Origin: an uncultured delta proteobacterium
GTDB lineage: Bacteria; Desulfobacterota; Desulfobacteria; Desulfobacterales; JAHEIW01
DNA: 64,000 nucleotides
Reading direction: 5' to 3'
Assembly (NCBI GenBank): GCA_963706575.1
Contig: CAVPNL010000013.1
Location: forward strand, 32,001-96,000
Shown: piece after piece, positions 9,527 through 20,420 of the stretch
Numbering within the stretch: position 1 is the stretch's first letter
Layout: each line of letters begins with the position of its first letter
Notes under the pieces: generated by a model
What the model saw: the letters and a program-made list of their open reading frames with translations, nothing else
Database searches by the model: none
What the model was told of the DNA's origin: nothing
Made by a program: the position numbers and the translations under genes

Positions 9527-10498
9527 ATGGCTAGCGCAATCTTGATGGCCGGATATAAAAACAAAATGGAGGTAAAGCGTTACAGCAAGATCGTTGCCGA
9601 GCATTACGGTGAGAAATTCATTGAGGCCGGTTACCTGCCTTTAAGGGAATTTAAAGCGGTCAAAGACGGCAAAGAAGAAAAAAAGCCCGTTATCCAGTTT
9701 ACGCTCGAAAGGCTTTTTGCATGTGATCTGATTGACGAAATTATAATTGTCGGCCATCAGATGTTGCTGGAGCAACGTCTGGGAAAATTTATAAAAAAAT
9801 TTGCAAAACCATGCCGCTTGATTAATCAGAATTCGCCGATTGAACCGGAGGTTGTCAAGCGGTTCAACATCATCAGGCGCAAAGTCAAATACAATACCAT
9901 AGCAGGCAATTTAATCAAAGGATACGCCGCCAGCAGCGCCTGTCAGCATAAAAAGCATGCGTTGTTTGTGGCCTCGGATTCCCCCCTGACGACAAAAGAA
10001 TTCATCGGGCATTTTCTGGTGGCCGCCCAAAAATATCAGGACCAGGCTGCCATTATTTTCCCGGCGATACTCATTGATGCCGAAAAAGACAAACTGGAAA
10101 GACACCCGCTTAAGCTTAAGAATGACACGGTGTTTGATTTGCCCGGATTGAAAGATATGTATGGCCGGCATGGATTCCGGCTTTCTTCTTTGATGTTTGC
10201 CAACCCTCATTTTTTCGATATCAACACGACCAACACCGCATACAGCCTGCGCAAAGCGCTTAATCCCAACGTCCAGCTGAGGTTGTTTAAAATTACGCGC
10301 AACCTGGGCTATCCAAATGTCTATTCCAAATATTTCATCCGAAAAGATTTAAGTATCAAGGAGGTTGAAAACATCACATCCGCATTTTTTAACGGCAAGC
10401 TCAAGTTAATTCCAATGGCTGGAGAAGAATCAACATACGACTATGACGGTACTGATTTTGAATATCGTATGATCAATAAGATGCTACAGGATGGATAG
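9527..10498 (+). CDS. Hypothetical protein with nucleotide-diphospho-sugar transferase / NTP-transferase-like N-terminus
   Basis: 323 aa; AILMAG, KPVIQFTLERL, IDEIIIVG, ASDSP and terminal DYD resemble the MobA/GT-A fold; no canonical GxGxR. Confidence 0.6.
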   Translation: MASAILMAGYKNKMEVKRYSKIVAEHYGEKFIEAGYLPLREFKAVKDGKEEKKPVIQFTLERLFACDLIDEIIIVGHQMLLEQRLGKFIKKFAKPCRLINQNSPIEPEVVKRFNIIRRKVKYNTIAGNLIKGYAASSACQHKKHALFVASDSPLTTKEFIGHFLVAAQKYQDQAAIIFPAILIDAEKDKLERHPLKLKNDTVFDLPGLKDMYGRHGFRLSSLMFANPHFFDINTTNTAYSLRKALNPNVQLRLFKITRNLGYPNVYSKYFIRKDLSIKEVENITSAFFNGKLKLIPMAGEESTYDYDGTDFEYRMINKMLQDG

Positions 10499-10642
10499 AA
10501 GTGGTTTCAAAACCCCATCTAAGGCCCACTGGCTGCGTTGGCCCGCGAATTGAAATACTCACGTACTCACGTGTACGCTCCGTTTCCAATTCGCGGGACA
10601 CCTTGCCCTTGAACCTGATCTGAGGTTTTGAAACCACTTCTA
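10496..10642. mobile_element. MITE-like element copy 2 (147 bp, inverted relative to copy 1)
   Basis: TAGAAGTGGTTTCAAAACCCCATCT ... CCTGATCTGAGGTTTTGAAACCACTTCTA. Confidence 0.85.
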
Positions 10643-10697
10643 ATGAATGAATAAAGGATAGCTGACTATTTGCTCATAAAATTATTTTTAAGAATAA

Positions 10698-11365
10698 ATG
10701 AATTCAAACAGTCATATTGCTGCATTTTTTGATTTCGATGAAACCTTGCTGGACGTGGAAAGCGGCGATTGGGCATCCAGTGGCTCCGGGATAGACGCCT
10801 GGTACCGTTTGGCTATATTCTTAAAATCCTCTTGGCCAACTTTTTATATCAGCGGCGGCTGCTTTCAGACGAGCGCATGGTCAAAATAATGCTGACCTTC
10901 TACAGGAAAAAACGCCTGGCCGACTTTCAAAAAGGTGCGGATAATTTTTATAAAACCTATTTAAAACCTCACCTGGCGCCTGGAATTCTGACACGGGTTC
11001 ATTTCCATAAAAAGGAAGGCCATATGCTGGTATTGATATCCGGCTCGGTCAGATACCTGCTCGAGCCTGTCGTAAAGGATCTTGAATTTGACCATCTGTT
11101 GTGCACCGACCTGGAAGTCGACAAAAACGGCCTGATGACCGGAAAGCCGGCAGACCTGGTGTGCGTGGACCACAATAAAAAAGTGCTGACCTTAAAGCTG
11201 GCGCAACAGCTCGAATTAGACCTTCAAAAATCCTACGCCTACGGCAATCATCATTCGGATCTCCCGCTGCTGGAGACCGTCGGCAACCCGCATGTCGTAG
11301 AACCCAACAGCATTCTTGAAAAAATCGCCCACCAAAGATCCTGGCCTATACTCGGCTATCGCTAG
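10698..11365 (+). CDS. HAD-IB (SerB-like) phosphatase, frameshifted near 10766
   Basis: FFDFDETL motif I in ORF 10698; ISGS, K and YAYGNHHSDLPLLETVGNP in ORF 10769; one added base joins them. Confidence 0.85.
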
Positions 11366-11378
11366 AATCTATCTCAAA

Positions 11379-11691
11379 AACGGTGCAATTTTTTTTGCAG
11401 TGTAAACCACGTTCACATTAATTAATATCCTGAAATCGTTGCGTTTAAAAGCAAACCGCTGCCATCCTGTCAACTTTCGTTGCGCTTCATATATTCTTGC
11501 AATCGTCGGTACTTTAAGCCCGTTCCACCAATCGCTATCCTTTCTTAAGATAAAAAAGCCTCACGCCACCAAAAAATAACATACTGAAATCATATGAGTA
11601 AATTCGCGATGGCGATTCAAAATACCATTTCTTTGCCATTTAACAAGATCTGAAAGATAGCCCCGGAAAAAATTTTGGCATGCCGGTTGCT
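11379..11691 (+). promoter_or_regulatory. Sigma-54 promoter 1 with two upstream enhancer boxes
   Basis: TGGCATGCCGGTTGCT 11676-11691 (GG-N10-GC); boxA AACGGTGCAATTTTTTTTGCAGTGTAAACC at 11379; boxB GTCAACTTTCGTTGCG at 11469. Confidence 0.75.
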
Positions 11692-11728
11692 CTATACCAT
11701 AGCTAAAAAAGAAAGGGAGGGCGGGGAA

Positions 11729-11938
11729 ATGAAATATTACATGGCAAGTTACAGCGGGACGGTTTCAGATGGGATGAATTACAAAGCGCAGGGCAGCGGC
11801 AGCGATTTATATCGTCATTTCCCGGAATTGAGAGAAGTTATCAATCGCTATCCCTTTAAGAGCATCGACTTCAGGCTGGCAAACGGTGATCGGCTCAGAA
11901 TTTACGATATCAATAAAAACAAGAGCCTCAATAACTGA
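11729..11938 (+). CDS. Small hypothetical protein (69 aa)
   Basis: RBS GGGAGG before ATG 11729; directly downstream of a sigma-54 promoter. Confidence 0.6.
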   Translation: MKYYMASYSGTVSDGMNYKAQGSGSDLYRHFPELREVINRYPFKSIDFRLANGDRLRIYDINKNKSLNN

Positions 11939-11985
11939 GAACGCAACAAACAAATATCGTCCAAAAATTAGAGAAGAAGGACCCA

Positions 11986-12201
11986 ATGAAAAAAGAACTC
12001 TTATCAATTCCTGAAGCGGCAGAACTATTAAGCTGCAGCACCCGCACGGTTCGGCGATTGATAGAAGAACGAACCATTGAAGCCTGCAAGCTCAGAAGCT
12101 CAACCCGGGTGGTATATTCCTCTTTACAGGGATACATTCTGACCATTATTGGGGACTATCAGAAAAAAAACGGCCTGGCAGAATTTAAATCATCCGGTTG
12201 A
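11986..12201 (+). CDS. Excisionase-like helix-turn-helix DNA-binding protein (HTH_17 type)
   Basis: LLSIPEAAELLSCSTRTVRRLI; 71 aa; RBS AAGGA. Confidence 0.8.
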   Translation: MKKELLSIPEAAELLSCSTRTVRRLIEERTIEACKLRSSTRVVYSSLQGYILTIIGDYQKKNGLAEFKSSG

Positions 12202-12272
12202 AAAAGTGTGACTGGGAGGGACTGCACGGGACCGGTTGGCTTTGCTTAGCTACCCCTAAAAATGATATCCCC

Positions 12273-12353
12273 TATCTAATACTTTTTCATTAGATATTTC
12301 CAGCCTTGGCTGCGAGTATCTAATACTTTCATAATCCATATACCATCTAACTT
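12273..12353. promoter_or_regulatory. Candidate operator: palindrome plus direct repeats of TATCTAAT
   Basis: TATCTAAT-actttttc-ATTAGATA 12273-12296; TATCTAATACTTT 12317-12329; CATCTAACTT 12344-12353. Confidence 0.5.
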
Positions 12354-12662
12354 ATTATAAAAATTCATACTCATGCCGTATTGCACCGAAGTGATTGCAT
12401 TGATAGGATTACGGACGATCCAGCTTAGTTTTTATATTGACAATGATTTGGAGTCTCGAATATACAAATATTAACAGCGCGAATGCCCGTTTTTCTAAAT
12501 TGCACCTGAAGTTCACGCTGGTTGACCATTCATTCGACTATTCTCACACACCTTCAAGCGACCGTTCACCTCTGATCCGTCCGAGCCACCAAAAAAACGC
12601 TGATCTACTTTCTGACTCCGATTGCAACAGCTTAGCGACACCAAAAAAATAATGACGTAAAA

Positions 12663-12777
12663 CCCATCAAGGGGGAGATGGGCATCCAAGACAACAGCAC
12701 GCTGATTAGGGGGACGCTGTGTACCGTTTGTCTTGCATAAATGGCCGAGTTGCCTCTTATGGGCGGCTCGGTTTTTT
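12663..12777 (+). promoter_or_regulatory. Structured 5' leader ending in an intrinsic terminator (attenuator/riboswitch candidate)
   Basis: Stems CCCATC/GATGGG, CAAGACAA/TTGTCTTG and ACAGC/GCTGT, then GCCGAGTTGCCT-cttat-GGGCGGCTCGG-T6 about 14 nt before the AGGAGG RBS. Confidence 0.55.
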
Positions 12778-12802
12778 GATTTGCACAAAAAGGAGGTATG
12801 TC

Positions 12803-15417
12803 ATGAGGAGCTTATTCATTAAGGTATATAAGCAATTAGGTTCGAAAAAACTACTGCTTAAATTGGCCGGGGTTTTATTTGTTCTCTTTTTCTTTTCCCT
12901 GAGTGCGAATGCTGCTGTTGGAAACGTATTCGTCATCGTTCGGAAGGCTAGCGCGCCAGATGTTTATCCAGATATTCAGGTAAAAACGATTAGCATATCA
13001 GATTATAATTACGAATATGAATTGTATCAGTTGACCTTTAATGTCTCTGCAGGTGACTATTTGGGTTTTTCGCTCGGTTTTGATAATTACACAGACAATC
13101 CCGGTTCCGTTTTGTACGACAAGGTTGAACTCAATGGCCCTTCGGGGGCAGTCGCAATTCCTAACTCGGGCTTCGAACAGGGCACAACAGGTTGGAACAA
13201 AAGCTGTCCCCCATGGGCAATTTCCACATTTACGGTCTCCGATGATGCCTATGAAGGTTCAAAGGCGGCGAATGTGACGGTTAACAATGCTTCCAATAAT
13301 GGGTTTTGTTCAATCCGCAATGACCCGAATATCGCTATCGTTGAGACCGGGACCTACACGTTGAGTCTCTACGCCAAAGTGATAGAAGAGGAATTTCCGC
13401 CCGATGAAATTTTCGCCATGGAAGTAGGCAACTGGTGGATATATGGCTCGAACAGCGAAAAAAGGGTTACCAGGCTAGATCAAACAACCTTCCGAAAAGA
13501 TACTTATGAGGTAGAGTTTTTAGAAAACAGTATTTCCTTTGGGAAAGAATGGTACGAACCTTTTAAAGGAGAATTGAGATGGTGGGGATTTTTCGATGAC
13601 GGTCAATTATTCAAATTTGATAATGGTCTTGTGGTGGCATGGTTCCCCGCCTCAGTGGGCGAGCTTCGTGAGTCTTCCACGGGGGCAGTCGGCTATAGTG
13701 GAAGTGTTAACATGACCGTTGATGTGATGGCCGTTGAGCAATTATCACTTAGCTTTGGTACTCTAGACGCTTACAAATTACGCTATAGGCTTACGGACAG
13801 CGAGCCGGGTACAGAGGTCCTAACTTATTATTACTGGTTGGTGCCATATTTAGGTATTGTAAAAATGGAATATGAGGGGGAATCAGAGCAACTTACATCC
13901 TTTGCCATCGGCGGCGGAACGATAACTCAGGATACCGACACGGATGGTGACGGTCTTAAGGATTATGAGGAACTCAGTATATATAACACGGACAGGCTGG
14001 ACGCCGATACGGATGATGACGGTCTTACCGATGGCGAGGAAGTAAACACTCATGATACGGATCCAAACGATAACGATACAGATGATGATGGTCTTACTGA
14101 TGGGGAGGAAGTCAATACCCATGGTACAGATCCAACTAACGAAGATACAGACAATGACGGCCTTAGCGATGGTGATGAAATCAATACCCACAACACCGAT
14201 CCAAACAACGAAGATACAGATGGAGATGAACTTAATGATGGGGATGAAATCGCCATCGGTACTGATCCGAACAACTCTGATACCGATGGAGATGGAATGC
14301 CCGATGGCTGGGAGGATGATCACGGCTTAGATCCATTGACTGATGATGCAGACGCTGACCCGGATGGAGACGGTTTAACAAACTTCGAAGAATACGGGTT
14401 GGGAAGACACCCGACTAACGTGGAACCGGATGCACCGGTACTTTTACTGCCCGATGATGCAGAAACCGATATTTTACTGACACCGCAACTGCAAACGCAG
14501 AGTTTTTCGGATATGGACGGGCATGACCACAGCCTGACCCATTGGCAGATCGGCAAACGCATCGGAAATCCCGAACCCTGCACAGAGGAATCATTTACCA
14601 ATTCTGACTACATGGTATTTGATGCCACCTCCGACACCCAACTGACCCTGTTTAACGTGCCGGATTTACTTTTAGATGTCGACACCGGTTATTGCTGGCG
14701 GGCTAGATTCACAGACACCGGCAATGCCACATCTGAATGGGCTGACCCGTTTTCATTTACAACAGTTGCGCAGTCTGAAGACGATCAAAATGATAACGGG
14801 ATCCCCGATGATCAGGAAGCTGACTGTCTGGGGATATTTGATCCTGGTGAGGTGCCGCCAAATACCGTGTGCGTTGATACGCTGGTGGGCAACGCCCAGG
14901 TCGGCATAGAACCTTCAGCCAATATTGTCAGCATCGATGCCTTTCGGTCAGTTGATCCCCAGGAGATTCCGGAAAAACTGCAGGGAGTGGAACTGTTAAT
15001 GGGATTGATGAGTTTTAAGGCAGAAGTTGACCAGGTAGGCGGTACCATGCAGATGACGTTTCACACCTCTATACCGATGCCCATTGAGGCTGAATGCTAT
15101 AGATATGACCCCGTCAATGGTTGGCATAATTATTCCGCGCATATGGTAGCAATCAGTCCTGATAGAAAAGCGATAACCTTGGAGTACAAGGATGGGGATT
15201 TTGGTGATTTGGATGGGGTTGCAAATAAATTCATTATCGATCCGTCGGTTTTGGCGTTGCTGCCGCCGGAGGTGGCGGTGGCGGTGGTGGCGGTGGGTGC
15301 CTGATCTCCACCGCTGCATACGGGTTCCGTATGCTAAAAGAATCATTGGCCTTAGTACTTCTTTTCGGACTTTTGATGTTCGGTCTTTTAGAGTTTAGAA
15401 AGAAGTTTAAGAAATAA
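12803..15417 (+). CDS. Large secreted surface protein: signal peptide, CBM-like domain, thrombospondin type-3-like Ca-binding repeats, Fn3-like and choice-of-anchor-like domains, poly-Gly CFI-box-CTERM-type anchor (frameshift near 15245)
   Basis: RBS AGGAGG; signal LSANA; PNSGFEQG..GW; DTDxDGLxDGxE repeats; DGDFGDLDGVANKFIIDP; shifted frame reads GFGVAAAGGGGGGGGGGCLISTAAYG-hydrophobic-RKKFKK* ending 15417. Confidence 0.85.
13931..14413 (+). repeat. Intragenic ~69-bp (23-aa) tandem repeats encoding DTDxDGLTDGEEVNTHxTDP units
   Basis: About 7 consecutive units in the translation. Confidence 0.9.
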
Positions 15418-15441
15418 AAATACATTTCCGTTTTTGTGCTA

Positions 15442-15478
15442 AAAAGGCAGAGTCTTAGGAGGCTCTGCCTTTGTTTTA
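15442..15478 (+). terminator. Intrinsic terminator after the surface-protein gene
   Basis: AAAGGCAGAGTCTT-agg-AGGCTCTGCCTTT-GTTTT. Confidence 0.75.
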
Positions 15479-15534
15479 TGAAGCACTGTGGGGTGTTTGC
15501 AAAGAAGATGAGACAAACACTTACGCCTAATAAT

Positions 15535-15848
15535 AACCATGAAACTATTTTTGCTTTGTAAATATTTTTATTAACTCGCTAAGCTTTCGATTTAACTACT
15601 TAATTTCAGATACGCCCAAAACCAGGTCAACGCTTGTTGCACCTCTCATTGAATTCGGTTCCTGAATCACTCGCGCCCCCGCTTACCACCTGCCAGGTTT
15701 TTTCTTAAAAATCCAGCTGAACAAACCCTATCAATAAATATAAAGCAAATTAACTAGTTATTGTTGACTGCCTTTCTGTATTCCTTCTCGCTGAACGATC
15801 TTCCTCCACCAGTTTAGAGAAATATGACTACCTGGCATATCACTTGCT
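15535..15848 (+). promoter_or_regulatory. Sigma-54 promoter 2 with two upstream enhancer boxes
   Basis: TGGCATATCACTTGCT 15833-15848; boxB GTCAACGCTTGTTGCACC at 15626; degenerate boxA AACCATGAAACTATTTTTGCTTTGTAAA at 15535. Confidence 0.75.
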
Positions 15849-15953
15849 CTGGATTGTAAGCAATAGCGGCAAGGTAGATAAAATTTTGATCAATTCGCAT
15901 GACGAACTGAGGCTTTTTCTAACAAGAAATATTCATAAATCCGGGAGAAAAAA

Positions 15954-18900
15954 ATGGAAAAGATGCATTCAAAAAAATACTGCGTGGGCATTGATATCGG
16001 TTCAGTCAGTCTGAACTGTATTGTTATCAACACGGACAAGGAAGTCGTTTATGAATCTGCCTATAAGAGGCACTTTGGAAAAATTGATGAAGAGATTTTA
16101 AGTCTGGTTGAGAGATTGTTTCAGAAATTTGGGGAAAACCGGATTCAATCCATTTCTTTCACAGGCAGCCACGGCAAAAAGCTGGCTGAAAAATTGGGCG
16201 TCTTTTATGAGTTTGAAACCATCAGTCAGGTATTGGGCACCCTTCACCTGATTCCGGATGCAAAGAGTCTCATCTGTATGGGAGGCCAGGATACGGCTTT
16301 ACTTCAAATTCATCACGATGGAGATAGATGGGAGCTCGAAAGCTTTAACGCCAACGGGCCCTGTGCTTCGGGCACCGGATCCTTTCTTGATCAACAGGCA
16401 GAACGTTTGGCCACCGCTTTGTACGAAAAGAACAAGGAAACATCTCAAAACCATATTGACAGGATTTTAAATGACTTCATCCACCTGGGTCTTAAAAGCG
16501 AAAAACCCGCCAATGTGGCCTGCCGTTGCACCGTCTTTACCAAATCCGACATGATTCATCTTCAGAACAAGGGCGAAAAGCTTGAAGATATTATTTACGG
16601 TCTGCATGTCGGCAATGCCAGAAACTATGTCAGCACGATTGTCTGCAACCAGATGCTTGAAGATCCGATCATATTTGTGGGCGGGTTGTCCAAAAACGAA
16701 TTACAGGTAAAAGCGTTTCAGGACTACTATCCGGACCTGATCGTCCCGCCGCATAACACCTCCACCGGCGCGCTCGGCGTTGCCTTAAAAGCCCTGGAGT
16801 TAAAAAGAGAAGGATACCTTTGATCTTGGCGACCTGAAAAAAGCAAACCTTCGCGGGGATATTGCAGTGCCCAAGGCCCCCAGGCTGGTCTTGAAAAAAA
16901 CCAAACTGCCGAATCCCCAACCATCCCGCAGAAAATTTTTGGCGATCAGAACCCGGGCCTTCCTCGGTATCGATATTGGCTCGACAACCACCAAATATGC
17001 GTTGATAGACGAAAACCATCATTTAATCCACAAAAGCTATGTGCATACCCGGGGAAAACCGATCGAGGTGACCCAGAAACTTTTAAAGCACATCATGGAT
17101 GAGCTGGACGATAAAGTCGAGATCATGGGAGTGGCCACCACCGGCTCGGGAAGATATGTGGTCGGTGACTTTTTAAATGTGGATTTAACGATTGACGAAA
17201 TCACCGCCCATGCCCGGGGGGCGGTCGAAATTGATCCCGAAGTGGACACCATTTTTGAAATCGGCGGCCAGGACTCGAAATACATTTCACTGGTCAACGC
17301 TAACCCGCTTGATTTCGACATGAACAAAGTTTGTGCAGCCGGCACCGGCAGCTTCCTGCATGAGCTGGCCAATAAATACGGCATCAATATTGTCGGTGAA
17401 TTTCAGGATATTGCCCTTTCTTCCAGGACACCGGTCAAACTCACCGATCGCTGCACCGTTTTTATGGAATCAGACCTGGTCTCCTATTACCAGAAAGGCG
17501 CATCCCGCGAAGACCTGATGGCCGGTCTTTGCTACGCCATCGTGCATAATTATTTGAACCGGGTTGTCGGCAAACGAAATATCGGGCGGCGGATTATGTT
17601 TTTGGGGGGCCCTTCTTTAAATAAAGGCGTTGTGGCGGCCTTTGAAAATGTTCTGGGCCATGGCCTGCTCGTTCCGCTTCACAGAGAGGTCCTCGGGGCC
17701 TATGGAGCGGCCATCTGTGTTCAGCAAAAAATGCAATCTGAAGACAAAGACCGCAGCACCTTCAGAGGAATGCACAGCGCAATTCATGATCGCATGAACT
17801 TCAAGGAGAAAGTGTGCCGAGTTGACCCAAATTGCCATAATCAGTGCAAGCTCAAAATCTATCAATTTGACAATCGGCGAAGTATCTGGGGCGGCGAATG
17901 CGGCCGCCACGAGTTAGCACGAAACCTTAGCAAAGGAAAAGACAATTATTTTAAACTCAGACGGATGCTGTGGGAAACCCACATGGCCGGTGTGTACAAA
18001 GAACTGGAAGATCAGCCGCTGATGGAAATTGAGGGTCGCCCGACAATCGGGATGCAACGGGCACTTTACGGCCATCAGACGGCAATCCTGTGGGCCCATT
18101 TTTTTGACCGGCTCGGATATCGCCTGGTGCTCACACCACCCACCAGCGCCCGCGTATCCACCAAGGGGGTAGAGAAGGCGGTGGACGGCGTTTGTTACCC
18201 CGTCAAAGTCTCCTATGGCCATATCGAGCAACTGGCGGGCAAAACAAGATATCTTTTTATTCCAAGCCTGACCAAGATGCCGACACCGAAGCCATCTGAG
18301 ACCGGATTTTACTGCCCCATGGTTCAGAGCAATTCGTATATGGTTCGTATGACCTTCGACCTGGACCGGGTATCAATCCTAAATCCGGTTCTTAATCTGA
18401 AATACGACCCCGCTACCCTTGCGGTGGAAATATACCGGCAAATGGGTACACGGCTGGGTTTATCTAAAAAATTGATAAGTAAAGCGTTGTCCTATGCAAT
18501 TGAACGGCAGCGGCAATTCGTGGCGGACATGTATCAACAGGGAGGCAAAATTCTTCGAAAACTGGATTCAAATGAACCCATCATGGTGGTTAGCGGTCGT
18601 CCCTATAATCTTTACGACGACAGGTTGAATCTAAGGCTCGGCCAAAACCTGGCCAAGCTTGGCATCGCAGCGTTGCCGATGGATTTTATCGACGCCGGCG
18701 CGGTGGACCTGGCGGAATTTCCCGCGATGTTCTGGGGTTTGGGCGCTCAGATCCTCAAAACGGCAAAGATCGTAGCCAGAAACTCAAACTATTTCGGTTT
18801 GCATTTGACCAATTTCGGCTGTGGTGCGGATTCATTTGTTGAGCACTTTTACAAATCCATCATGGGAGACAAGGCCTATTTAATCCTTGAATTAGATGAG

Positions 18901-19020
18901 CACAGCGCCGCTGCCGGTGTTATGACACGGCTCGAAGCTTATAAAAACGTGATCGAAAACAGCATGCAAGCGTCGCAACTCGCAACCCAATTACAAAAGA
19001 TCCATTCACAAAAGAGGTAA
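15954..19020 (+). CDS. Acyl-CoA dehydratase activase-like protein: two BadF/BcrAD ASKHA ATPase domains plus a reductase/dehydratase (DUF2229-like) domain; PlsA/Ger-like; frameshift near 16810
   Basis: GIDIGS twice, GGQD twice, CASGTGSF/CAAGTGSF, RCTVF twice, CYPVK, CPMVQ, NFGCGAD, LELDEHS; removing one base at 16803-16821 fuses ORFs 15954 and 16867 (~1020 aa). Confidence 0.88.
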
Positions 19021-19024
19021 AAAA

Positions 19025-20398
19025 ATGAAATCAAAACAACAAGGTAATTTCGATTCGCCGACAAACCGCATTGGCAAGTTTCATCTTCAGAATAAGACCG
19101 TCCTGATCCCCGAGATGAACCGTATCGCCGCTCACCTGATTGCGGCAACTTTCAGAAGTTTTGGCAGCAATGCAAGGGTGCTGAAAACTTACCATGGTCT
19201 TGATCTGGGCAAAAAGTACACTTCCGGCAAGGAATGCTTCCCCTGCCAGGTTACGCTGGGAGACATTCTGCTTTTCCTCAAAACCGAGCAGGAGAGACTG
19301 GGCGCCGCCTTTGATCCGGAAGATTATCTGTATTTTTTGCCGGAGTCCGACGGGCCCTGTCGATTCGGCATGTACAATACGTTCCAGCGAATGGTGTTGG
19401 ATTCTTTTCCGGGACTCGAGCGGGTCAGAATCGTTTCGATCACTGCCAAAGACGGCTATTCACTTGAAGGGGTGATTGAACAGGAACGCATGCTAGCTTT
19501 CAGAAAGGCAAGCTATATTGCCGTGGTGGTGGCCGACATCATGGAACGGCTTCTGTGGCGCATCAGGCCCTATGAAACTCAGGAAGGCATCACGGATGAA
19601 TTTATTAAAAAATCCATGTGGCATATGGAATCAATTTTTGAAACCCACGCGCTCACCAACGATTTTGGCCGGATACTGAATGAACTCGAAGAAATTACCA
19701 AAAATGGGAAAACCCTGATTGATCCTGCGATTCCGACCAAACCGCTGATCGGGATTGTGGGCGAAATTTTTTTAAGAATGCATGTTGATTCCAATCAGGA
19801 TGTGATCCGGGTTCTTGAAAAGCACGGCGCTGAAGTCGTTAATTCCTCACTGGCCGAATGGGTGAATTATATCACATACGGGCAATTAAGAGAGAACAGG
19901 ATCAACTTCCGCTTAAACCTGAAACAACTTAACTTCGGCCGCTTAAAACATCATTTTCAAAAGATCATCAGCTTCGGTGGAGATCTTTTTTACCAGGAAA
20001 TGAGACAAAAACAGTTCTATAACCGCGCCACCCGGCTGATTGATTTTGAACACGATCATAAAGTGAGCCATCTGGAAAAGCTGCTCAAGAAAGAAGATAT
20101 CTTTACCTTTGATGTCACCACGGAAACCTGTCTGAGCATCGCGGCCATCCTGCAATTTGTTAAAGAAGGCTACAATGGCGTTGTCAATGTATATCCCTTC
20201 ACCTGCATGCCGGGCATGACCACCTCGGCCATTGTAAAGCCGGTTCTGAACCGCATGAGAGTCCCCTATCTGGATACGCCCTATGACGGAAGCTTTCAGC
20301 CGGGTCGGGAAACCGCATTAAGGACGTTCATGCATCAGGTCACCCAGCATTTCCAACGCCATGGCAGAAAAGGCATCATTCAGAAACGTGCGGCCTGA
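19025..20398 (+). CDS. 2-hydroxyacyl-CoA dehydratase/reductase-like FeS subunit (PlsR-like)
   Basis: GKECFPC, GPCRFGMY, IGIVGEIFLR, PFTCMP; starts 4 nt after the activase stop. Confidence 0.82.
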   Translation: MKSKQQGNFDSPTNRIGKFHLQNKTVLIPEMNRIAAHLIAATFRSFGSNARVLKTYHGLDLGKKYTSGKECFPCQVTLGDILLFLKTEQERLGAAFDPEDYLYFLPESDGPCRFGMYNTFQRMVLDSFPGLERVRIVSITAKDGYSLEGVIEQERMLAFRKASYIAVVVADIMERLLWRIRPYETQEGITDEFIKKSMWHMESIFETHALTNDFGRILNELEEITKNGKTLIDPAIPTKPLIGIVGEIFLRMHVDSNQDVIRVLEKHGAEVVNSSLAEWVNYITYGQLRENRINFRLNLKQLNFGRLKHHFQKIISFGGDLFYQEMRQKQFYNRATRLIDFEHDHKVSHLEKLLKKEDIFTFDVTTETCLSIAAILQFVKEGYNGVVNVYPFTCMPGMTTSAIVKPVLNRMRVPYLDTPYDGSFQPGRETALRTFMHQVTQHFQRHGRKGIIQKRAA

Positions 20399-20420
20399 AC
20401 CCGCAATACGGTCTAGCGAT

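Noticed and set aside
13931..14413. Regularly spaced ~69-bp repeats as a possible CRISPR array
   Set aside because: In-frame protein repeats with synonymous variation; no unique spacers and no cas genes
11986..15417. Prophage or integrative element
   Set aside because: Only a lone HTH gene; no integrase, att/tRNA or structural genes
16800..16823. Programmed ribosomal frameshift in the activase gene
   Set aside because: No clear slippery heptamer with a stimulatory structure, and similar indels are scattered throughout the window
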